The notes: generated by a model not told the origin, from the sequence alone. DNA of 64,000 nucleotides from an uncultured Acidimicrobiia bacterium (GCA_963836205.1 CAWIIV010000024.1:128001-192000); one strand, 5' to 3'. Positions 1 to 11,577 are shown, counted from the stretch's first letter. Made by a program: numbers and translations.

Positions 1-2
1 CC

Positions 3-842
3 TTTCCGTCGGACGCGGGCGCGGCCGTCGCCCGGGTGTGGCAGTTGCAGCCGGCGGGCGACTCCCAACCCGACGTGGTCTACGCGGGCGTGGAGCCGGC
101 GGCGCTCTTCCGATCCGACGACGGGGGCGAGTCGTTCGCGCTCGACCGTGGCCTGTGGGACCATCCCCATCGTCCGCAATGGAATCCGGGCGGCGGCGGG
201 CTGTGCCTGCACACGGTCCTGCCCGATCCCGCGGGCGGACCGCGGCTGGCGGTGGCGGTGTCGGCCGCCGGGTTCTACCGCACGCTCGAAGGGCAGACAT
301 GGGAGGCGGCCAACGTCGGCATCCGGGCCCCGTTCCTCCCCGAGCCGACGCCCGAGTTCGGCCAGTGCGTCCACAAGGTCGACCGTCACCCGTCCGAGCC
401 CGACACCCTCTTCCTCCAGCACCACTGGGGTGTCTACCGGTCCGACGACTTCGGGGGGCGCTGGACGGAGGTGGGCGCCGACGACCTGCCGTCGACGTTC
501 GGTTTCCCGGTGGTGGCCGACCCCAACCGGCCCGGGACGGCCTACGTGCTGCCCCTCACGTCCGACGGGTTCCGGGTCGTCCCCGACGGGCGGCTGCGGG
601 TCTACCGCACGATGGACGGTGGGGCGACGTGGATGGCCCTGGCCGAGGGTCTGCCCCAGGAGGACGCCTACCTGTCGGTGCTGCGGGACGGGTTCGGGGC
701 CGACACCCTCGACCCCACCGGGCTGTATTTCGGCACCCGGACGGGCGACGTGTACGCGTCCGCCGACGGCGGGGAGACGTGGACCGAGCTGGCCCGCCAC
801 CTGCCGCCGGTGCTGTGCGTGAAGGCCGCGGTCCTGCGCTGA
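3..842 (+). CDS. BNR/Asp-box repeat beta-propeller protein (glycosyl hydrolase/sialidase-like), 5' truncated by the window
   Basis: Repeated Asp-box motifs (RSDDGGESF, RSDDFGGRW, RTMDGGATW, SADGGETW); frame is open to the left edge. Confidence 0.85.
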   Translation, partial: FPSDAGAAVARVWQLQPAGDSQPDVVYAGVEPAALFRSDDGGESFALDRGLWDHPHRPQWNPGGGGLCLHTVLPDPAGGPRLAVAVSAAGFYRTLEGQTWEAANVGIRAPFLPEPTPEFGQCVHKVDRHPSEPDTLFLQHHWGVYRSDDFGGRWTEVGADDLPSTFGFPVVADPNRPGTAYVLPLTSDGFRVVPDGRLRVYRTMDGGATWMALAEGLPQEDAYLSVLRDGFGADTLDPTGLYFGTRTGDVYASADGGETWTELARHLPPVLCVKAAVLR

Positions 843-1114
843 ACGTCACCGTGCGGCTCGCCGCCGCGCTCCGGCCCCACGCCGGCGGGGCGTCGTCGGT
901 CGAGGTCGACATCGAGGCGCCGGCCACCGTCGGCCAGGTGATCGACGCGGTCGCGGCCGCCCACCCCGGCGTCGGCCGCCGCGTCCGGGACGAGGCGGGG
1001 GCGCTCCGTCGCCACGTCAACGTCTTCGTCGGCTCGGAGAAGGCCGCCGCCGACACGCCCGTGCCCGAGGGCGCCGAGCTCACCGTCCTCCCGGCGGTGT
1101 CCGGAGGTTTGTGA
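839..1114 (+). CDS. MoaD/ThiS-family ubiquitin-like protein
   Basis: 3' part of ORF 38..1114: NVTVRL...RRHVNVFVG...LTVLPAVSGGL; start uncertain (CTG 839 overlapping the upstream TGA, or GTG 851). Confidence 0.85.
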   Translation: MNVTVRLAAALRPHAGGASSVEVDIEAPATVGQVIDAVAAAHPGVGRRVRDEAGALRRHVNVFVGSEKAAADTPVPEGAELTVLPAVSGGL

Positions 1115-1153
1115 GGAAAAGCGACCCGTGATGTCGCTTTTCCTCCAAAAGCG
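1106..1153. repeat. REP-like palindrome family A, copy 1 (may also act as a terminator)
   Basis: GAGGAAAAGCGAC-N7-GTCGCTTTTCCTC perfect 13-bp stem; same length as and similar to 45949-45996. Confidence 0.6.
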
Positions 1154-1158
1154 CCGGT

Positions 1159-1452
1159 TCAGGCGGGCGGGAGAGGGTCGGCCAGGCCGGTGCCGACGGC
1201 GCCCGCGGCGGCGCCGACGCCCAGCGCCGCCACCACCTTGGCCGGGCCGGACTGCCCGGCGAGCGCCAACACCAGGGCCACCACCACGGCGAGGGTTCCG
1301 CCAACGGGGAGGTCGGACCGGCGCAGGCGGGTACGGCCGACCCGCAGCGCCCACTTCGGCGACGACGGCGACCGGTGCGAGTGGCGGGTGACGACGACGC
1401 CCGCGGCCAGGCCGACCAGGCCGGCGACGAGCGAGGTCACGACGAGTCCCAT
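1159..1452 (-). CDS. small membrane protein
   Basis: MGLVVTSLVAGLVGLAAGVVV...; three hydrophobic segments. Confidence 0.55.
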   Translation of the reverse strand: MGLVVTSLVAGLVGLAAGVVVTRHSHRSPSSPKWALRVGRTRLRRSDLPVGGTLAVVVALVLALAGQSGPAKVVAALGVGAAAGAVGTGLADPLPPA

Positions 1453-1501
1453 GGCCGGGGAGCGTATGCGGATGGGGGACCATGGGGGCCGTGGGGGCCG
1501 G

Positions 1502-2065
1502 ATGCGGTTCGTGAAATCGGTCGACGACACCAAGGACCTTCCCCCCTCGCGCGCCGAGGTGGCGGTGGTGGGACGGTCGAACGTGGGCAAGTCGTCGCTG
1601 GTCAACGCCCTCGGCGGCCACAAGGACCTGGCCCGGGTGTCGAAGACGCCGGGCCGCACCCGTCTCCTCAACCTGTTCGAGGTGGCCGACGGGGCCACCC
1701 TGGTCGACTGCCCCGGCTACGGGTACGCCACCGCGTCGAAGGCGGACCGGAACGCGTGGCAGAAGATGATCGAGCGCTACCTGCTCAGCCGGGAGCAGCT
1801 GTCGATGGTGATCGTCCTCGTCGACGGCGAGATCGGCCCGACCCCGCTCGACCTCCAGCTCCTCGACTGGCTGCGGGCCAACGAGCTGCCCCACACCGTG
1901 GTCGCCACCAAGCACGACAAGGTGAGGTCGTCGCTCCGGGGCCGCCGCCAGCGCGACGTGGCCGCCGCCTGCCGACTCATGCCGGACGACGTGGTGTGGG
2001 TGAGCGCGGCCAAAGGCACCGGCATCCCCCGCCTCCGGGGCCTGGTCCACCTCTGGCTCTCCTGA
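1502..2065 (+). CDS. engB: ribosome biogenesis GTPase YihA/YsxC (EngB)
   Basis: GRSNVGKSS, VSKTPGRT, DCPGYGYA and TKHDK G-motifs. Confidence 0.93.
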   Translation: MRFVKSVDDTKDLPPSRAEVAVVGRSNVGKSSLVNALGGHKDLARVSKTPGRTRLLNLFEVADGATLVDCPGYGYATASKADRNAWQKMIERYLLSREQLSMVIVLVDGEIGPTPLDLQLLDWLRANELPHTVVATKHDKVRSSLRGRRQRDVAAACRLMPDDVVWVSAAKGTGIPRLRGLVHLWLS

Positions 2066-2498
2066 GCCACCGCCCGCCGACCGGCCGAGACCCACGGACC
2101 CCGACCGGGCCCGCACAGGCAAGCAAGAGAAGCGGGAAGCCGCGCAACGACCTCCGTCGGCGCCGCCGCATCCTCGAGCGGGAAACGGGGCAGTTGGCCT
2201 CCCGCCTCCGGCGGGGGCGGCATCGAAGGAGGCGCGCGGGCCGGCGACGGCTGAGGCCGACCCGGGCCACCCCGGCCGCGCCGAATGCGGGGTCGGGGAT
2301 CCCGTTGACGCCGGCGGCTGCCGGGATGGCGGCCAACGAGTGAAACGGCCCGCCGCAGGTGCATCCTCAGGCTCGACCGATTCACCGCCGAACTGAAGGT
2401 TCGCATCCGGGTCGCGGTCGGCGATCCACTGACGAGCTCCTCGGCCGCCTCCGGGCGACCGAGGAGTCCCCCGACGTCAGCGCGAGACCGCTGGAGGC

Positions 2499-2792
2499 TT
2501 AGCGCGAGCTCCAGTCGGTGGTGTGGCCGCCCTTGGGGGCCCGGGGGGCGGTGTAGCCCCGCCCGCCCGAGCTGCCACCACCCTTGCTCCTTCCGCCGCC
2601 GCGGCCACCGAGCCCGGCCAGGCCGAGGAGACCAAGGAGGCCGAACAGGCCGAGGTTCTCCTCGATCCAGCTCTCGTCGTCGGAGTCCTCGACTTCGGCC
2701 TCCTGGGCGACGGCCGCGTGGGCCACCGCCGACGTCCCGATCCCCATGCTGAGCATGGCGGCCAATGCTGCGGAACCGAGTGCCTTGCGCAT
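2499..2792 (-). CDS. WGxxGxxG-CTERM-like small secreted/membrane protein
   Basis: Signal peptide ending AHA, acidic linker, LGLFGLLGLLGLAGL transmembrane motif, basic Gly-rich tail. Confidence 0.7.
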   Translation of the reverse strand: MRKALGSAALAAMLSMGIGTSAVAHAAVAQEAEVEDSDDESWIEENLGLFGLLGLLGLAGLGGRGGGRSKGGGSSGGRGYTAPRAPKGGHTTDWSSR

Positions 2793-2827
2793 GCCGTACT
2801 CCTCGTTCGTCGAACCGTGCGGGTGCC

Positions 2828-2854
2828 CTACCCACCGTGAGTGCTAGCAGAACC
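2828..2854 (-). promoter_or_regulatory. putative SigB/SigF-type stress promoter
   Basis: Minus strand GGTTC-N16-GGGTAG about 35 nt upstream of the 2792 start. Confidence 0.4.
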
Positions 2855-2880
2855 ACGGCCCCGAGGTGCATTCTCTGCCC

Positions 2881-3453
2881 ATGTACCACGACGGTCACCG
2901 CAAGCTGCAGGACCGGTTCGGCAGCCGCCGCATCGCCGACCGCCTGGAGGAGGTGACGGTGCACGAGGAGCTGTCCGACGGCGACGTCGCCTTCGTCGAG
3001 CGCAGCCCCATGTTCTTCCTGGCCACGGCCGACACCGACGGGTGGCCCGACGTGTCGTACAAGGGCGGCCGCCCCGGGTTCGTCCGTTGCCTCGACCGGC
3101 GGACGATCGCCTTCCCGTCCTACGACGGCAACGGCATGTTCCGGTCGCTGGGGAACGTCGTGGTCAACGAGCGGGTGTCACTCCTCTTTGTCGACTTCGA
3201 ACATCCCGACCGGCTGCGGATTCAGGGCACGGCGTCGATCTCGGATTCCGACGACCCCCTCCTCGCGGCGTGGGACGGCGCCCAAGCCGTCGTCCGGGTC
3301 ACGGTCGTGCAGGCGTTCCCCAACTGCCCCCGGTACATCCACCGGATGAAGCTCGAGGAGCTGTCGGTGTACGCCCCGGCCCCCGGCCATGTCCCGCCCG
3401 ACCCGGAGTGGAAGGCGATGGGCGTGTTCCGCGACTACCTGCCGGAGCGGTAG
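2881..3453 (+). CDS. pyridoxamine 5'-phosphate oxidase-family FMN-binding protein
   Basis: FFLATAD...PDVSYKGG.PGFV, YDGNGMFRSLGN, NCPRYIH. Confidence 0.85.
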   Translation: MYHDGHRKLQDRFGSRRIADRLEEVTVHEELSDGDVAFVERSPMFFLATADTDGWPDVSYKGGRPGFVRCLDRRTIAFPSYDGNGMFRSLGNVVVNERVSLLFVDFEHPDRLRIQGTASISDSDDPLLAAWDGAQAVVRVTVVQAFPNCPRYIHRMKLEELSVYAPAPGHVPPDPEWKAMGVFRDYLPER

Positions 3454-3454
3454 C

Positions 3455-6400
3455 TCACGAGGCGGCCTCGTCGCTCCCACCGTCGGTGTCGCCCCGCTTG
3501 CGTTTGAGGAGGCGGTCGATGGTGGGCGGGGGGACGGGCGCGGCCGGCGGGGGCGGGGGCGGGGGCTTCTTGGGCCGGGGCGGACGCTCGACGCCCGGAC
3601 GGGCCGGCAGGCGGGACTTGAGCTCGTCGACCAGGCGGCGCCGGCCGGCCTGGAGCGCGGCCACGCCCGAGCCGTGGAGGGCCACCCGGCTGAGGGCGAC
3701 CGCCACCGGCCACAGCGACGCCGCCGCCAGCAGCATCCACCCGGCCAGGGCCAGACGGCCGTGGCCCACGGGGAGGCCGGTGCCGTCGAAGGCGGCGGCC
3801 GGCTCGATGAAGCCCCGTCCACCGGCGAGGGCCGACACCCGGGCCAATGCGTCGGGGTCGACCGAGCCCACCGCGTATTCGGCCGAGTACGACTGGACTG
3901 CGGTGGTCGTGGCCGCCAGGAGCGTCTCCCCGCCGGGACCGGTGACCGAGACGCCCACTGCGTAGGTGCCGGCGGCGGACGCGGCCACCTCACCCACGAA
4001 GGTCTGGTCCGACGTCCGCTCGAGCGCCACCTCCCGGCCCTGGAGGTCGGGGCCGGCCACCCTGGCCACCGCCGTCGCCCCGTCGGGCCACCCGTCCGCC
4101 GACTCGGCCGTCACCCGCAGCCGCCCGTCCACCAGCTCGGCCCGGGCCCCCGCGCCGGCCGACCCGCCCAGGGGGAACGTGTCCTTCACCACGCCCGCCC
4201 AGAACGACGTGTAGCCGTCCCACGTCGTCCACGCCTGCGACCAGCGGGCCGACGCGTCGCTCGTCCATGCCGTGGCCCGGCCCAGCCCCACCTGCCACGA
4301 GGCCAGCAGGGGATCGCTCTCCTCGCCCACGACCAGATGGGTCTGGGCCGTCGGCTTGGTGGTAGCACCCTGGTAGCCGAGGATCGGGGGCGACGCCCGC
4401 AGGTCGCGCACCGGCGCCGCCGAGGAGACGACCTTGGGGAAGAACTCGCCCTCGTTCACGATCTGGCGGGAGGCGAGGATGGCCTCCTGCATCATGATCT
4501 GGGGCACCTGGCTGAGGTCGGTCTCGTTGTAGAAGCGGCCCCGCCCGGCCTCGGCCACCGCGGCCAGGCTGACTTCGGCGCCCGTCTCCCCGGTGGCCAC
4601 CACCGACACGGTGATGCCCTCGGCGGCCAGGTCGGTCGCCTGCTGGACCAGCGCCGAAAGGTTGCCCTCGTTGGTGAAGCCGTCGGTGAACAGGATGATG
4701 TGCTTGAGCTTGGCCTTGTCGTTGCGGAGGGCCTCGCCCGCGGTGAGCAGGGGAAGGGCCAGGTTGGTGCCGCCGGCCGGGGACAGCTGGCGCAGGCCCT
4801 TGGTGACGACCTCCTCCGCCGGCAGCTGTTGCAGGGGGACGATCCACGCCTGCTCGGTGTTGAAGGCGAGCACGCCGACGTGGTCGTCGGCGGCCAGGGC
4901 GGAGATGGTGCGGGCGGCCGCGGCCCGGGAGATGTCGGTCTTGTTGACCCCGCCGTTGACCTGGTTGCCGCCCATGAGCCCGTTGGCCCCGCCCTCCGAG
5001 CAGTGGCAGGCGCCCATCGACCCGCTGCTGTCGATGGCCAGCACCTCCGCCACCGACGGCCGGCGGAGGGGATCCTTGATGTCGCTGATGACGGGGAGCA
5101 GCTTCTCCAGCTCGCTGTCGAGGTAGCCGCCGAGGGCGAACGAGCGGTCGCCGCCGACGGCCACCAGCCCCCGGCCGAGGTCGCGGGTGGCGACGGTGAG
5201 GCTGGCCACCTGGTCGGCCGACAGGCTGTGGGCGTCGACGTCGACCAGCACGGTGGACGAATAGGTGGCCAGGCGGTCGACAGGCGGCAGCTCGGCCGCC
5301 CCCACCACGTCCACCGGTAGCCCACCGGCCCGCAGGGCGGCGGCCAGGGTGGCGCCCTCGCCGGTCATCCCCTCGACCAGGAGGATGCGGGCCGGGCCCT
5401 CGATCTGCACCGCCGCGAACCCGACGTCGTTCTCCAGGCGGGCGTCGTCGGGACCGGTGACCTGGAGGCGGTAGCTGGCCAGGGGGTTGGAGCTGGCGCC
5501 CGCGGTCTGTGGGAGCTCGACCACGGTCTGCCCGGCGGCGACGTCGACCACCCGCTCCTCCACCGTCTCGCCGTCTCGGGTCCACCGCAGGGCGATGGTC
5601 TGGGCGGTGGTGGACGTGATGGTGGCCCGCACGGTGAAGGCCTCGCCCTCCTTGACGTGGCTGGGGGCGTCGACCCGGGACACGGCCATGTCGGCCCCGC
5701 CGAGGGCGTCGACGGCGTGGACGTCGACCCGGATGCCCTGCTCCCGCAGCCGCTTGGCCTCGGTGGCGGCGTCGCCCTCGGTGGCCCGCCCGTCGGACAC
5801 GACCACGATGCGCCGGCGGGCGTCGGAGGGGAGCACGGCCCCGGCCAGGCGGAGGGCCCCGGCCAGGTTGGTGCGGGAGGCGTCGACCTTGGTCGCCGGC
5901 TGGACCAGGCTGGCGTCGGCCTGGACGGTGAGCTCGAGGCGGGCGTCGCCGCCGAAGAAGGCCACGCCCGCGAGGGCGCCGTCGGGCTGGTGGCGGAGGG
6001 CGTCGCGCACCCAGTCGACGGCCGCCGCCTGGCCGCCGGCACCGAGCGAGTCCGACCCGTCGACGAGGAACATCACCGCCACCCGCTTCGAGGTGCGGGG
6101 GATGGCGAGGCCGGCCAGGGCGCCGATGAGGAGGAGGGCGATCGCACCACGGAGGGCGACCGCGGCCCGCCACTGGCGACGGCTCACGCCCCGGCGCCGG
6201 CGGCTGAGGAGGAGCTCGGCGGCGAGCGTGGCCAGGAGGGCGGCGATGACCCATTGCAGCCACGGGCGCTCGCCGGTGGCCCGCCGCTCGCCGGGGGCGA
6301 GGGCCCGCTCGGGCACGGGCAGGCTGGCCGCGGGGGCGAGGGCCGACTCGCCGGGGTCGGCGTTGACCGCGAAGGTGACGTCGGGGCGTCCTTCCTGGTG

Positions 6401-7975
6401 GACGGTCCAGTAGCCGATGGCGTCGGTGACGGGCGCCGCCCCGCCGGCGGCCAGGCTGAGCTGGACCCCGGCCGGGGCGTCGACCGTGGCCGGGCCGGCG
6501 AGGCTCACCGGGAGGGGCTGGCCGACGCGGAGGTCGGCCGGGGGGAGGGCGGCGCCGGCCAGCTCGGTGAGGAGGCGGTCGCCGAGGAGGGGGAAGGCGA
6601 CCTGGAGGGGGAGGTTGCTCTGGTTGAGGGCGAAGGCGAGGTAGGCGAAGGGCCGCCCGCCGTGGGCGCCCCGGAGGAGGAGGGGAGCGCCCTCGGCCCC
6701 GACCAGGACGTCGGCGCTCGGGGCGTCGAGCTTCTGGGCCGTGGCGATCCCGACCTCGGACAGGTCGAGGCCGGCGAGGAGGGCGTCGTCGCTGCGGACG
6801 AGGGTGACGGCCGGGTTCTCCACCTCGCCGGTCACGGCCACGCCCGCGGCGGTGGCGCCCCCGGGCGGGGCGATGGCCAGGAAGGGGGCGCCGGGGTCGG
6901 CGGGCACGGCCACCCCGTCGTAGACGACGAGGTCGAAGCCGGGGGCGGGGCGGGCGTCGGGGCTGCGTTCGACGGTCACCGCCGGCAGGCTGGCGAAGAG
7001 ACGGTCGAGGAAGACGTTGTCGGGGCCGGCCAGGAGGACCTTGAGCGGGCGGCGGCGGCGGGCGGTGGCGAAGGCGTGGTTGTCGGCCGCCAGGAGGTCC
7101 TCGCCCTCGAGAAAGGCCTCCACCCGGTCGCCCCCGGGGAGGTCGATCTCCCGCTCGACCGCCGCGCCCGCGTCGAGTTGCACCTGCTCGGTGTGGGCGG
7201 TGCGGCCGTCGACGTCGAGGCGCAGGGTCTGGGTGGCGGCCGGCCCTCCCGTGTTGCGCAGGCTGACCCGGGCGTGGAGGCCGCTGCCCCGGGGCTCGAC
7301 GGTCAGGCGGGTGACGGCCCGGTTGGTCGACCGGGAGCCGGTGCGGCGGTAGTCGGTGTCGGGCGGGAGGAGCTTCTGCTGCTCGTCGGTGAGCCCACCG
7401 TCGGAGAGGAGGACGAAGCCGACGGGAGTCCCCGGCGTCTCCACGCTCTCGGCCAGGGTGAAGGCGGTGGCGAAGTCGGCCGGGCCGGGGGTCGTGCGGA
7501 TGGCGTTGATGGCCGTGGTGAAGGCGTCGGAATCGGGGCTGGCCGACAGCACCACCCGGGGCTGGGCGTCGGCCACCACCACGCTGGCCACACCGCCCCC
7601 GGGGAGCTGGCGGCGCAGGTCGCGGGCCTTGTCCTTGGCCTCGTCCAGCCGGTCTGGACTGCCGTCGGTGGCGGCCATGGAGCCCGACGCATCGAGGATG
7701 AACACGGTGTGCTCGGCCAGGCGGGCGGCGGTGGGCCGCACCGGCTGGGCCACGGCGGCGGCCAGCAGGGCGACGGCCAGCAGCTGGAGGGCGAGGAGCG
7801 TGCTCGGCCGCAGCTTCTGCCACGGCGCCGCCACCGACACCGGCCGTTCCACCGCCCGCCACAGGAACGTGGAGCTCACCTCCACCGGCGGCCGCCGGGG
7901 CCGGAGGATGTGGAGCACCACGATCGGGATGGCCAGCAGTCCCAACCACAGCCCGGCCGGGTTGGCGAACCTCAC
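3455..7975 (-). CDS. large BatA/VWA domain membrane protein with class I glutamine amidotransferase-like region
   Basis: BatA-like N-terminus (FANPAGLWLGLLAIPIVVLHILR); three MIDAS motifs DASGS, DGSDS, DSSGS with SDG/TDG; GTG start at 7975. Confidence 0.85.
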   Translation of the reverse strand: MRFANPAGLWLGLLAIPIVVLHILRPRRPPVEVSSTFLWRAVERPVSVAAPWQKLRPSTLLALQLLAVALLAAAVAQPVRPTAARLAEHTVFILDASGSMAATDGSPDRLDEAKDKARDLRRQLPGGGVASVVVADAQPRVVLSASPDSDAFTTAINAIRTTPGPADFATAFTLAESVETPGTPVGFVLLSDGGLTDEQQKLLPPDTDYRRTGSRSTNRAVTRLTVEPRGSGLHARVSLRNTGGPAATQTLRLDVDGRTAHTEQVQLDAGAAVEREIDLPGGDRVEAFLEGEDLLAADNHAFATARRRRPLKVLLAGPDNVFLDRLFASLPAVTVERSPDARPAPGFDLVVYDGVAVPADPGAPFLAIAPPGGATAAGVAVTGEVENPAVTLVRSDDALLAGLDLSEVGIATAQKLDAPSADVLVGAEGAPLLLRGAHGGRPFAYLAFALNQSNLPLQVAFPLLGDRLLTELAGAALPPADLRVGQPLPVSLAGPATVDAPAGVQLSLAAGGAAPVTDAIGYWTVHQEGRPDVTFAVNADPGESALAPAASLPVPERALAPGERRATGERPWLQWVIAALLATLAAELLLSRRRRGVSRRQWRAAVALRGAIALLLIGALAGLAIPRTSKRVAVMFLVDGSDSLGAGGQAAAVDWVRDALRHQPDGALAGVAFFGGDARLELTVQADASLVQPATKVDASRTNLAGALRLAGAVLPSDARRRIVVVSDGRATEGDAATEAKRLREQGIRVDVHAVDALGGADMAVSRVDAPSHVKEGEAFTVRATITSTTAQTIALRWTRDGETVEERVVDVAAGQTVVELPQTAGASSNPLASYRLQVTGPDDARLENDVGFAAVQIEGPARILLVEGMTGEGATLAAALRAGGLPVDVVGAAELPPVDRLATYSSTVLVDVDAHSLSADQVASLTVATRDLGRGLVAVGGDRSFALGGYLDSELEKLLPVISDIKDPLRRPSVAEVLAIDSSGSMGACHCSEGGANGLMGGNQVNGGVNKTDISRAAAARTISALAADDHVGVLAFNTEQAWIVPLQQLPAEEVVTKGLRQLSPAGGTNLALPLLTAGEALRNDKAKLKHIILFTDGFTNEGNLSALVQQATDLAAEGITVSVVATGETGAEVSLAAVAEAGRGRFYNETDLSQVPQIMMQEAILASRQIVNEGEFFPKVVSSAAPVRDLRASPPILGYQGATTKPTAQTHLVVGEESDPLLASWQVGLGRATAWTSDASARWSQAWTTWDGYTSFWAGVVKDTFPLGGSAGAGARAELVDGRLRVTAESADGWPDGATAVARVAGPDLQGREVALERTSDQTFVGEVAASAAGTYAVGVSVTGPGGETLLAATTTAVQSYSAEYAVGSVDPDALARVSALAGGRGFIEPAAAFDGTGLPVGHGRLALAGWMLLAAASLWPVAVALSRVALHGSGVAALQAGRRRLVDELKSRLPARPGVERPPRPKKPPPPPPPAAPVPPPTIDRLLKRKRGDTDGGSDEAAS

Positions 7976-7982
7976 GCCAAAC

Positions 7983-8038
7983 CCTGCGAACTGGTGACGG
8001 TTTTGGTTGCCAGGACCACCGTTCGTGTCACCGGTTCG
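7983..8038. repeat. REP-like palindrome family B, copy 1
   Basis: CCTGCGAACTGGTGAC...TGTCACCGGTTCG; matches the reverse complement of 59692-59747 at both arms. Confidence 0.6.
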
Positions 8039-8051
8039 AGGCCGGCGGTGG

Positions 8052-8927
8052 TCATCGCAGGACGCCCTCGCGGCGCCACGCACCCAGGAGGGCGGTCTCC
8101 AGGTCGTCGTCGGCCAGGATGCGGACGTAGGCCGCGCCCACCTGGGCGCACCGTCCCCGCACCCGCTCCAGCCAGGCCTCGGCGGCCCGCTCGTACTCTT
8201 TGATGGAGTCGGAGGCGAGGCTGACGACCACCCGTCCCCCTCCTTCCCGGTCGACCAGCTCGAGGTCGCCGACGAGCGTGGGGTGGAGCTCCTCGGCGGC
8301 CAGCACGTGGACGACCATCACGTCGCCCCCCCGGGACGGCAGCCGGCTGAGGGCGCCCTCCCATTCCTCGGTGAGGAGGTCGGAGATCACCACGGTGAGG
8401 CCGGCGGGGCCGGGACGGGCCAGGAGCGACGACACCGCGGCGGCGAAGGCGGTGTCGCCCGTGGCTTCGAGGCTCGACAGGTGGCGGAAGAGCAGCGGCA
8501 CCGCCCCCCGTCCCGTGAAGCGGGGCGCCGCCCGTTGCAGCGGGAAGGTGTGGACGCTCACCGGGTCGCGCCGGGTGAGGGCCACGAAGCCGAGGGCGGC
8601 CGCCACCCGGGTGGCCTGTTCGAGCTTCCCGCCGGTCGCCATCGAGGCCGACGTGTCGACCAGCAGGCGCAGGTGGAGGTCGTCCTCGGCCTCGAACAGC
8701 TTGAGCAGGAGGACGTCGAGGCGGGCGTAGAGGAAGTAGTCGATGCGCCGGAAGTCGTCGCCCGGGTGGTACTGGCGGTAGTCGGCGAAGTCGGTCGACG
8801 ACCCGTGGCGGGTCGATCGGTGCTCCCCCGCGAAATGTCCCGCCAGCCGCCGGCGGGTGCCAATCTGCAACGCCTCCAGCCGGGCCAGCAGCCGGGGGTC
8901 GAGCAGGCGGGCGCCGGTTTCATGCAC
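8052..8927 (-). CDS. DUF58 family protein (MoxR-associated)
   Basis: FADYRQYHPGDDFRRID, DTSASM, VVISDL; start 8927 or 8969. Confidence 0.9.
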   Translation of the reverse strand: MHETGARLLDPRLLARLEALQIGTRRRLAGHFAGEHRSTRHGSSTDFADYRQYHPGDDFRRIDYFLYARLDVLLLKLFEAEDDLHLRLLVDTSASMATGGKLEQATRVAAALGFVALTRRDPVSVHTFPLQRAAPRFTGRGAVPLLFRHLSSLEATGDTAFAAAVSSLLARPGPAGLTVVISDLLTEEWEGALSRLPSRGGDVMVVHVLAAEELHPTLVGDLELVDREGGGRVVVSLASDSIKEYERAAEAWLERVRGRCAQVGAAYVRILADDDLETALLGAWRREGVLR

Positions 8928-8994
8928 TCGGGGAGGGGTGATTTCGCCGGAAACGGGTGATTTCACCACGCTACGAGTGCACGAGACGTGGGTC

Positions 8995-9996
<1,002 letters not shown>

Positions 9997-10000
<4 letters not shown>

Positions 10001-11577
10001 TGGCCTTCCGCGAGCGCTGCGAAATAGGACTGGACCAGCGCCCGCTGGGTGGGCGGGATGTCGAGCCGGTCGAGGGCGGCGGTGGCCTCGGCCGAGTAGC
10101 GGGGGAGGACGTTGCCCACCGGGACCTGGGCCCCGTTCTGCAGGGTGAGTCCGTCGCCCTTGCCGACGACCTGGCTCGGACCCTCGCCCTGCTGGCCGGT
10201 GGTGTTGAGCACCTCGCCGTCGGTGCCACCGGCCGGGTCGAAGACGGTGGCCGTCTCCAGTCCGCCGGACGGGTTGTTGCCCGTTCCACCGCCGGGGACG
10301 CCCGGCCCGCCCTGGCCGCTACCGGTGCGGGCGTTGGTCCCCCCGGCCTGCCCCGACGCCCCACCCTGCGCCTGCTGCCCCTGCCCGCCCCCCTGCCCGC
10401 CCCCTTGCCCTTGCCCTTGCCCCTGCCCCTGCCCCTGGCCCTGGCCCTGGCCCTGGCCCTGGCCCTGGCCTTGCCCCTGGCCGGTGGCCGACAGGGCGGC
10501 GCGGGCGGCGGCGATGGACGACAGTGCGCCGAGGGTGGCCTCCTGGCCGGCAACCGACCCGGCGGCGGCGGACTGGGCGTCGGCCGCGGCACCGAGCGCG
10601 GTGGCCGCCGCGGTCAGGTCGCCGGTGCCCAGGGCCGCGGCCGCGGCCGACAGGGCGGAGGCGGCGTCGGTGTTGCCCGCGGCCTGGGTGGCGGCGAGGG
10701 CGGCCAGCCGTTCGGCCAGCGCCTGGCGCTCCTCCGGGCTGAGCGCGGCCAGGGCCGACGCCGCCGACTCCAACTGGCTGGCGGCGTCGCCCCCGGCCGT
10801 CGCCCCGGGTAAGGGTGACGACGCCAGGCTGCGGTCGAGGCCCCGCGCCGCCGCCTTCTGGGCCAGCAGGTTCGGCGACAGCTGGCCGGCCAGCTCCCGG
10901 GCGGCGGCGTCGAGCGCCTCCTGGCCCTTGGGCAGGTCGGCGGCGGTGGCCAGCTCCCGGGCCAGCTCCTCCAGCCGCTGGGCCAGCTCCTCCTGCGTCG
11001 GCGTCGGCGGGGTGGCGGTGCGCAGCTCCTCGGCCGCGTCCTGGAGCTTGGCCGCCTCGGCGTCGAGAACCTGCTGGTCGGCGGCCTGCCGGCGGCGGAC
11101 CGTGTCCTGGTGGTTGGCCATGAGGCCGAGGGCGACGGCGGCCACCGTCAGCCCCGCCACCACGCCCATCCGCCGCCCGTCGAGCCGCACCGGCACCGCC
11201 TCCGACGGCTTCCGTCCCGCAGCCAGGTCGGACGCCCGCGCCCGCACCCGTTCCCCGAACGGACCGCCCGACCCCGGCCCCCGTGCCTCCAACTCCAGGG
11301 CGGTGGCGAACACGTCGCCCGTCCCCAGGCCCCGGTCGGCGGCCCGGGCCGCGACCAGCGGCGGCACCTTCACCACCAGGGCCGCGACCACGAGGGCGAC
11401 CACGGCCGCCACCGCCAGCCCCACCGCCACCGGCTCGGGCCACGCCCACGGCCGGAACCGCCCGGCCAGCACCAGGGCCAGGGCCAGGGCCGCCACCGCG
11501 GGGGCGATCCACTGGGCGGTGGCCACCCCCCAGGCCAGCCGCAGCCGGCGCCGCACCCCGGCCAGCAGCTCGGTCAC
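9997..11577 (-). CDS. membrane-anchored coiled-coil protein with a GQ-repeat tract (MoxR operon member)
   Basis: N-terminal TM helices, Ala/Glu-rich helical body, (GQ)n tract, C-terminal IPPTQRALVQSYF; GTGA overlap with the upstream gene. Confidence 0.8.
10369..10480 (-). repeat. coding hexamer repeat encoding (Gly-Gln)n
   Basis: Runs of ccctgg/ccctgc/cccttg on the plus strand. Confidence 0.85.

Noticed and set aside
2066-2498. Possible gene or ncRNA between engB and the WGxxGxxG gene
   Set aside because: Only Arg-rich spurious frames and no recognisable RNA motif
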